DNA from: Octopus vulgaris
Lineage: Eukaryota
NCBI GenBank assembly: GCA_951406725.2
Contig: OX597832.1
Coordinates: forward strand, 13,950,001 to 14,014,000
Direction: 5' to 3'
DNA length: 64,000 bases
In this document: positions 55,441 through 64,000 of the stretch, piece after piece
How the letters are laid out: each line of letters opens with the position of its first letter
How positions within the stretch are numbered: the stretch's first letter is position 1
Program-made: the position numbers and the translations under genes
The notes under the pieces: model-generated
Database searches by the model: none
What the model saw: the letters and a program-made list of their open reading frames with translations, nothing else
What the model was told of the DNA's origin: nothing

Positions 55441-56355
55441 ATTATGGTACTAGAATGTACTACCTTTGCTAGGAATAAGAGTCAGGTAGGCTCTGAAGCC
55501 ACAGAAAGTTCACTGAAAACAAAAATTGAAAGCGGATGGTGAATGAAAATTAGAGCTCCTTCTTTCGCGAAGGCTGCAAAATAAATGGCAAAAAACTCAG
55601 TATCGATCTTGGGCTCTGTGTAACCCCCCTCGCCAAATAAAAACCCCGCTTATCCCTCTTCGGGTAAGCTTGTCTCAAAAAGAAGGCCAAATTTAAAATA
55701 CACCTCAAGCATGCTTGCGTGTTCATGTGAAGTGCCAAGGTACATTCAGAAACGAAATAAATAATTTATAAATGTCTAAAGATATTATTCTTAATCATAA
55801 ATATTAATATCTTTGTCGATTCCAAGCATTAACCGTATATGCAAGTTTCAGAACATTATGGTGTTAGAAAATAGCAACATCGCTAGAAATAGGTGTTCGA
55901 TGAACTCCGACGCGAAAGAAAACTCTCTGAAAACAAGTTTCGGGGTTCATCTCGACTATTCATGCTTTGAATTACCACTAATATCATTATTTGTCATTAA
56001 TAATAATAGAATTCTGTATTAATAATTAATTCACTTTCGTCGTTTCTGAACGTACCTTTGGACTTCACACAACGAGGCAAGCATGGTTGAAGTGAATGTT
56101 TTTAAATTTGGCTTATTTTGTGCAGGATTCTTAACTGAAGAGAGATAAGTGTTTTTTTGTTGTTTGTTTTTGGCACATAACCCAAAATCTTTATTCGGTT
56201 ATTCACTATTTCGTTTGCGGCCTTCGCGAAAGTAAGAGTTATAAGTTTTATGCTCCGTCCACTCTCACTATCTTTGTTTTCAGTGAGCTTTCTATGGCTT
56301 CGCAGTTCATCTGACACATTTCTAGCAATGCTAGTACTCTCTACTTTCATAATGT
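55441..56355. repeat. Cluster of three diverged copies of an unclassified ~180-bp repeat, two of them inverted
   Basis: 55441-55620 (+), 55855-55940 (+, partial) and 56170-56355 (-) share attatg...tgctag.aat...gaagcca.agaaag.tcactgaaaacaaa; the two longer copies also share tttcgcgaaggc.gcaaa. Confidence 0.7.
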
Positions 56356-56951
56356 TTTTATGTGTCGTTACCCTGCTGGAGGAGATGTCTTGCTAGGGCT
56401 ATAAAACTTAGTAGTGCTGGTCTTTGCAGGGCGCCACACTTAGATGATAAGTATGTGTTGCAATTCCGTACTGCTACTGTTTATATCTCGTTCACAGATT
56501 TAATATAACATTCTCTCTTCAATGTATTCAAATACGTGAGTGTGTATGTGTGTGTGAATGTTTGTATGGATGTATATACGCGTGTATGAGTCTGTGTGCC
56601 CGTGTGTCTTATAAATTTATAGATATACACTCATACAAACACAGCCACATACGCCTAAACACATATGTAGCAAAGTACATAGACATATATAATATGTATA
56701 ATGTTATCTATGCTGCGATCTACTGACATAGTGATCTGACAGGAAAGTTAACAAGAAACAAGAAAACAAACAGTGTCTTCTTACAGGAAGCATGATGAAG
56801 ACGTAGGAAACGGTTTTTTTTTCTCTCGCTTGAAATTCTGAAGACGGTCACATCCAAAGCTAAGTCTAACATATATATAGTAGTCATTTCTTTCGGAAAC
56901 AATGGAAATAGAATCGCATATCAAAGAAAAATGATGCATTCTCTTCGTTGC

Positions 56952-57001
<50 letters not shown>

Positions 57002-57032
57002 GCATATACGGATTCAAATAAATGTATATATT

Positions 57033-57070
<38 letters not shown>

Positions 57071-57616
57071 CGTATTCATATGTATGTATACACATATGTA
57101 TATGTATATATATATATATGTGTGTATACGTATATACATATAAATTGATATATATGTGTGTTTATGTATATATTTACATCCATATATATATATGTATCAT
57201 ATGTATATGTGTATATATATATGTATATATATATATAGAAGCATATATATATGCATACAGGTAAACGGGCTGGATGCGAGGAAATGAACACACACGCAGG
57301 CACGCAGTCACTTGCATCGCTCACACGCGTAGATGTATACACTTGTACGTTCTACTTTAGGCAATGCATAATCCATTTGTTTAATCTCATTAATGATCTA
57401 TTATATTCCATTGTTGTCAGACGAATTGCTGACTTTAGCGTCTTCCTTATATCCGTGATGTATATTGAAAGAAAACGTCAAGTAGAGGTTAAAATAGGTA
57501 CATATTTCACTTGAGCATCGAATACGCAATAGCATTCATATATGTTTAAATCCAATAAACTGCAGTGAATACATGAATATGTTTACTGCGAGAATAGTGT
57601 TTTATATTTGAAAATA

Positions 57617-58066
57617 GGCAGAGGAGTGGCTGTGTGGTAAGTTGCTTGCTAACCAACCACATGGTTCCGGGTTCAGTCCCGCTGCGTGGCATCATGGGCA
57701 AGTGTCTTCTGCTATAGCCTCGGGCCGACCAAAGCCTTCTGAGTGGATTTGGTAGACGGAAACTGAAAGAAGCCTGTCGTATATATGTATATATATATAT
57801 ATATATATCTGTATGTGTGTGTATATGTTTGTGTGTCTGTGTTTGTCCCTCTAGCATTGTGTGTCTGTGTTTGTCCCTCAGCGGTGCTGGTATGTTTACG
57901 TCCCCGCCACTTAGCGGTTCGGCAAAAGAGACCGATAGAATAAGTACTGGGCTTACAGAAAATAAGTCCTGGGGTCGATTTGCTCGACCAAAGGTGGTGC
58001 TCCAGTATGGCCGCAGTCAAATGACTGAAACAAGTAAAAGAGTAAAAGAGTAAAAGAGTAAAGAGT
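57617..58066 (+). mobile_element. SINE family A, full length
   Basis: ggcagaggagtggctgtgtggtaag...gggttcagtccc...(gagtaaaa)n tail. Confidence 0.92.
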
Positions 58067-58259
58067 ATGGAAACATTGGGAGAATGTGTTTTGTTTGGAA
58101 GCCAATACTTATCTTATATAGTGTGTTATATGAGATATATAGTATTAACAGGAAATACATACCTATTAAACTTTTAATTGCAGCAAATTTTGAGGAGACG
58201 CTTTACTTATTTACATGTATGTGTGCAATAGCAATGGATAGCAAAGAAGCAGATATAAT

Positions 58260-58353
58260 AACAACAAAAATAAGATCAATAATAATAATAATGACAACAA
58301 TAATAAAAACAATAGTAATAATAATAATAATAATAATATTAATAATGATAACG

Positions 58354-58429
<76 letters not shown>

Positions 58430-58440
58430 TAATAATAATA
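58260..58440. repeat. (AAT)n microsatellite
   Basis: Direct inspection. Confidence 0.9.
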
Positions 58441-58834
58441 CTCTTTTACTCTTTTACTCTTTTACTTGTTTCAGTCATTTGACTGCGGCCATGCTGGAGC
58501 ACCGCTTTTAATCGAGCAATTCGATCCCGGGACTTATTCTTTTTTAAGCCCAGTACTTATTCTATCGTTCTTTTTTGCCGAACCGCTAAGTAACGGGGAC
58601 ATAAACACACCAGCATCGGTTGTCAAGCAATGCTAGGGGGACGAACACAGACACACACACACACTCATATATATATATACATATATATACGACGGGTTTC
58701 TTTCAGTTTCCGTCTACCAAATCCACTCACAAGGCTCTGGTCGACCGGAGGCTATAGCAGAAGATACTTGCCCAAGGTGCCACGCATTGGGACTAAAACA
58801 TGAACCATGTGGTTGGTAAACAAGCTACTTACCA
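58441..58834 (-). mobile_element. SINE family A, inverted relative to 57617-58066
   Basis: (ctctttta)n tail...gactgcggccatgctggagcaccgc...ccatgtggttggtaaacaagctacttacca. Confidence 0.92.
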
Positions 58835-58836
58835 CG

Positions 58837-58916
<80 letters not shown>

Positions 58917-58917
<1 letters not shown>

Positions 58918-59074
58918 GGGAGCATCATAGCCATGTGTTGAGAGGGGTTTGAATAGTTAACCTCTGGAAACATGGGGGTTCGTTGAACCGCCTTAAACAA
59001 CCCTTATTCAGGGATATTTGGAGTGGAATGGGTTACTCGATCAGAATAAAATTCTAACTGGGCCCCACCTGCAA
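58917..59074 (+). mobile_element. 5'-truncated copy of the (TAA)n-associated non-coding element
   Basis: ggggagcatcatagccatgtgttgagagggg...aaaattctaactgggccccacctgcaa matches the reverse complement of 7620-7765 and begins directly after (AAT)n. Confidence 0.8.
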
Positions 59075-59079
59075 CGCCA

Positions 59080-59257
59080 AGTGCTCCACCATAGTTTGCT
59101 TTCTTTCTCAATTTACACTACGTCTGGTTTCCTATTCTCTATCTCATGCTCGCACTGAATCACGACATCTCATATGATTTTCGCATTATCATTTTCGATT
59201 ATACCCTCGGGTGTATGTTCATACCCCTCTTTTGCTCTGTGGCGTCCATACTTTATA

Positions 59258-59258
<1 letters not shown>
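59080..59258 (-). mobile_element. R4/Dong LINE fragment (subfamily similar to 3905-5152)
   Basis: KYGRHRAKEGYEHTPEGIIENDNAKII.DVVIQCEHEIENRKPD. Confidence 0.8.
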
Positions 59259-59332
<74 letters not shown>

Positions 59333-59620
59333 GCTGTTGTTGTTGTTGTTATTTTTATTACCATTATTACTATTATTACTTTTATTATTGTTGTTGTTGT
59401 TATTATTATTGTTATCATCATCATCATCAGCAGCAGCAGCAGCATCCTCATTATTATTATTATTATTATTATTATTGTTGTTGTTGTTGTTATTATCATT
59501 ATTATTATTATTACTATTATTATTGTTGTTGTTGTTATTATCATTATTATTATTATTATTACTATTATTATTGTTGTTGTTGTTGTTATCATCATCATCG
59601 TCATCATCATCATCCTCATT

Positions 59621-59703
<83 letters not shown>

Positions 59704-59712
59704 CATTATGAT
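59259..59712. repeat. Compound (TTA/TTG/TCA)n trinucleotide tract
   Basis: Direct inspection. Confidence 0.95.
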
Positions 59713-60096
59713 GTTCACATACAGACAACAGATTAGACGGTTCGAAAAAATAATCTTATATGTCAAGAGGTTACAACAAGTAATCATATATGTCAAGAAT
59801 CCTCCAAATATCCTACATGTCCTTAATAACACTGTTTTCTGCAGCTGTACAAAACTGGGGTTTATGCTTATTTCCTCTATCCATCCGTTCAAATCTTTAG
59901 GGATTGTCCCAAATGCACCTATAACTACTCGAATACATTTTAACTGCCATTTCCATAATCTCGGTAATGAATGGGTAGGTCTTGATAATTTGTAATTTTT
60001 TCTATGCCTCTCATATTGATCTTTTCCTCGTTTGGGATTGCAAATTCGATTCTCTGGTATTTTCTATTCTCTTTATCAGGCCTTCTAGTCTCTATT

Positions 60097-60763
60097 ACTC
60101 TCTTTTCTCTTTTTCTCTTTTCTCTTTTACTTGTTTCAGTCATTTGACTGCGGCCATGCTGGAGCACCGCCTTTTAATCGAGCAACTCGACCCCGGGACT
60201 TATTCTTTGTAAGCCCAGTACTTATTCTATCGGTCTCTTTTGCCGAACCGCTAAGTGACGGGGACATAAACACACCGGCATCGGTTGATTTCTTAACTAC
60301 CCACAAGGGGCTAAACACAGAGGGGACAAACAAGGACAGACAAAGGGATTAAGTCGATTACATCGACCCCAGTACGCAACTGGTACTTAATTTATCGACC
60401 CCGAAAGGATGAAAGGCAAAGTCGACCTCGGCGGAATTTGAACTCGGAACGTAACAACAGACGAAATACGGCTACGCATTTCGCCCGGCGTGCTAACGTT
60501 TCTGCCAGCTCGCCGCCTTATATATCGGTTGTCAAGCAATGCTAGGGGGACAAACACAAACATACACGCACACACACACATATATATATATATATACATA
60601 TATACGACGGGCTTCTTTCAGTTTCCGTCTACCAAATCCACTCACAAGGCTTTGGTCGGCCCGAGGCTACAGCAGAAGACACTTGCCCAAGGTGCCACGC
60701 AGTGGGACTGAACCCGGGACCATGTGGTTGGTAAACAAGCATCTTACCACACAGCCACTCCTG
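60097..60763 (-). mobile_element. SINE family A inserted in the R4/Dong LINE
   Basis: Complete family A sequence splitting the LINE peptide QTD|RVIE. Confidence 0.92.
60288..60517 (-). mobile_element. Full-length SINE family B nested in SINE A, with an 8-bp TSD
   Basis: TSD atcggttg at 60280-60287 and 60524-60531; very similar to the reverse complement of 35221-35449. Confidence 0.92.
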
Positions 60764-61852
60764 TCAGTTTGAATGTTAAAGTTTCACAACACTTTGGATT
60801 TCTTATTTTCTAGTACCTTACTAGGTTCATGTTCAAAACCTTTATCAGTATGCTCACTTCTTAGTTTTCTAAGTAACTCCCAGTGGATTACTTTCCCTAG
60901 GTTGTAATTTTTTTGTATTATTTCTGTGTCAGCTTACTACATTTACTTCCTATAGGAGTAACACTTTCCTCTTTTGATTTGCATAATTTATGATGGGAAA
61001 CTACTTGGTTTTGTCTGTCTTGGCTTTTATCCAATTAGGTCTTAATGCCTGACTTTGGGAAGCCATTAACATATTGCTTGTCTCCCTTTCAAGCTTTCCT
61101 TTCGGTAATTATATCCATGTCTCGCTACTAGTACGTGCTGCAAATATATTTGGGAATCTATCACGTAGCGCCTTCTCCTGTCAGTTAGATAACCTTTGTT
61201 CTTGTTTTCTGGTTTCCAAATCGTTTGGGATTTTGGCTCCTCTATATCTTACTGTGACACTAGCAGCTTCTCGTAAACATTCTTCGCTATACTTCGATTG
61301 GAGTCTATATCTATTATAGCTATCTTCTCTTGAGCCTTCCTTTCAAGGTAAGTATTCTACTCCTGCTCTTGGGTGGAGTTCTCTATTCATATTGAATTCT
61401 GACTAGCTTTGCTAATTCCGCTTTTGTTTAATCTACAACCAAGTATTTACAGCCTTCACTAACTTCGGACCATTTAGCTTCGATTTCATAAGCTTCCTCA
61501 CCCTTCTGATGTTCTCCTCAAATTTCGTTTTCATTACTGTTTTTAGTAATGTGTTAGATTCTAATACTCCTAGATGCTTATAACTCTCTCCTCCTTTAAA
61601 TGATTTTAATATATGGTCATCTGGAATTTGATGACTCCGATGTTGACTGCTTATGAATTATACTGCATTTATCTATACCAAATTCTATGATGCATCATTG
61701 CTGAGGAATCTAACAGTCTGTATTAAGAAACCTAACTCTTTTTTATTCCTACTCAAAAGCTTGTAATCATCTATGTATAGCAAAGAGTTAATTTTTTTCC
61801 TTGATATTTCTGAACTCATACCCTGCCTTTACTTTCTTTGATACTAAGATAA

Positions 61853-62671
61853 GGAGGATCAACCATAAGACAAATATTAAATGCGACAACGAGACCACTG
61901 GAAAATTCCTCTTTTGATGGTAACTTTCTCTAAGAATGTGTCGCCTTAGTATAGCTCTACCTTCCATTTCTTCATATTAAAGCCAGTTAATTCTCTAATG
62001 CTGTGTGCTATACTGAATATATCCAAGCTTTCACCTAGCCACGAGTGGCTATAAAGATGAGGAGGATCAACCATAAGACAAATATTAAATGCGACAACGA
62101 GACCACTGGAAAATTCCTCTTTTGATGGTAACTTTCCCTAAGAATGTGTCGCCTTAGTATAGCTCTACCTTCCATTTCTTCATATTAAAGCCAGTTAATT
62201 CTCTAATGCTGTGTGCTATACTGAATATATTCAAGCTTTCACCTAGCCACGAGTGGCTATAAAGATGAGGAGGATCAACCATAAGACAAATATTAAATGC
62301 GACAACGAGACCACTGGACAATTCCTCTTTTGATGGTAACTTTCCCTAAGAATGTGTCGCCTTAGTATAGCTCTACCTTCCATTTCTTCATATTAAAGCC
62401 AGTTAATTCTCTAATGCTGTGTGCTATACTGAATATATTCAAGCTTTCACCTAGCCACGAGTGGCTATAAAGATGAGGAGGATCAACCATAAGACAAATA
62501 TTAAATGCGACAACGAGACCACTGGACAATTCCTCTTTTGATGGTAACTTTCCCTAAGAATGTGTCGCCTTAGTATAGCTCTACCTTCCATTTCTTCATA
62601 TTAAAGCCAGTTAATTCTCTAATGATGTGTGCTATACTGAATATATTCAAGCTTTCACTTAGCCACGAGTG
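61853..62671. repeat. Tandem repeat of 4 x 208 bp derived from LINE RT sequence
   Basis: Unit start ggaggatcaaccataag at 61853, 62061, 62269 and 62477. Confidence 0.95.
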
Positions 62672-63068
62672 TGGGATCATGACATAAGCGTTTCTATATT
62701 TTATCCATGCTATTGTTAGATTTTTCCATCTAGCTTTTACTTCATTTAGAAGTGCTTACTTTCTATATATCATATATCATACATTCCAATAGCCTCCTTC
62801 TTGCAACATTTCTGATCTTCTGGCAGTAAATTCTGTTTCTCAAGATGCTCGTAAATGCTTTCTCAAATCATTCCTCTTGACTGCTTCCACGCTAATGGTA
62901 AGCAAATGATTGGACTTCAGTTGCTAGATGTATTACCCCTATTTTTTATCTTTCTTAATGAGAAATGCCTTCCTTCCGATCATCTAATTTAGTATCATTC
63001 CTGCATTAAGGCAAACCTAAGCCTGCCAAGTAAATTACTAAATTTCTGTATCCATTATGCTTGGACCA

Positions 63069-63340
<272 letters not shown>

Positions 63341-63527
63341 ACATTGTTTTATACGATATATTCTAATTCACACCCTCTCAAGTAACAGCAGGTTGGAAAT
63401 TTTACTGTAGGTGATATTTAGAATATGATTAGCAGTGTTATTTTGTAGTGAACTGAGACCAGATTCCAAGATGTATTTTTCTGCTATGATTGTGATAAAA
63501 TCGAATAAGAAATACTCGGGTTACTAC

Positions 63528-63680
63528 GTGTCTTCATAGGATGTATACAATAATCCTGAGTATTGCCAGCAGTTCTGTTACCTTTGGGCTTCTAGATATG
63601 GAGCCACGGGCTTCAACAGTGCCAACTGGAATTCCCCACAAAGCTTGGACGACCCCAGTTTTCGTCTATGTTATATGGCA
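63528..63680 (-). mobile_element. Possible very old R4/Dong LINE 3' remnant
   Basis: Minus strand LWGIPVGTVEARGSI and ...YIL*RH resemble the terminal IPxIVGALGSI...HILRRxL motifs. Confidence 0.35.
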
Positions 63681-64000
63681 TACATCATGTTTGAGAGCTT
63701 ATTTCAAAGTTTTTCTATATATTTAACTGCATTTTTGTATTTATGTAATTAAAATTTTTTTTCAGAGAAGTTTACACGTGATATGAGATAGGAAGTCTAA
63801 GGCGGAAAATCGTTTAACCAATATGAAGTTTTACCATATCTGGTCCCTTGGCGTAAATAGATCAGTTTCAACACTACAATCCCAGAGAAGGGTAATGGAT
63901 ATAGTATCACCTACGTACGCTTCCACACAGGGATTTAACTCTCCGCGATATCCATTTCTCCTTCTTCCTCTCTTTTCTCATTGTCTTCTTCCACCTCTGC

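Larger units (their letters stand above)
59713..63068 (-). mobile_element. Decayed ~3.3-kb R4/Dong-clade LINE (RT to RLE to 3'UTR) flanked by (TAA)n, with nested SINEs and an internal tandem amplification
   Basis: PIICLPLAWK, IYEHLEKQNLLPEDQK, NLTIAWI.Y..AY.MIPHSWL, KRGIFQ, KINSLLYIDDYKL, EFGIDKC, FNIQTD|RVIETRRPD, FAIP, IGAFGTIPK, LQKTVLLRT. Confidence 0.9.

Noticed and set aside
63540-63750. Plus-strand exon-like open frames after tcttcatag
   Set aside because: No donor site or homology; the minus strand resembles an R4/Dong C-terminal remnant

Overview
AT-rich, repeat-saturated eukaryotic DNA. It is most likely intergenic or intronic sequence from a coleoid cephalopod (Octopus-like); this is inferred from the SINE families, the LINE repertoire and the extreme (TA)n/(TAA)n density. 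No intact host gene can be supported, and almost all ORFs in the track are microsatellite translations or decayed transposon fragments. Recognisable content includes decayed non-LTR retrotransposons: R4/Dong-type RLE elements mostly within (TAA)n tracts, Tx1/L1-type, CR1-type, Penelope-like and possibly RTE. There is also a mariner 3' end, hAT/MITE-like elements, many copies of at least three tRNA-derived SINE families, and mini- and microsatellites. The most interesting structure is non-coding. (i) There is a high density of inverted repeats, including inverted SINE pairs, a spacer-less SINE palindrome and fold-back elements embedded in (TA)n. (ii) Several short repeats carry degenerate hammerhead-ribozyme-like cores. 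(iii) A ~530 bp non-coding element appears to insert specifically into (TAA)n alongside R4/Dong LINEs. (iv) A young 4 x 208 bp tandem amplification lies inside a dead reverse transcriptase. (v) There is a three-level LINE<SINE<SINE nesting. Boundaries of degenerate elements are approximate because they were read by eye.
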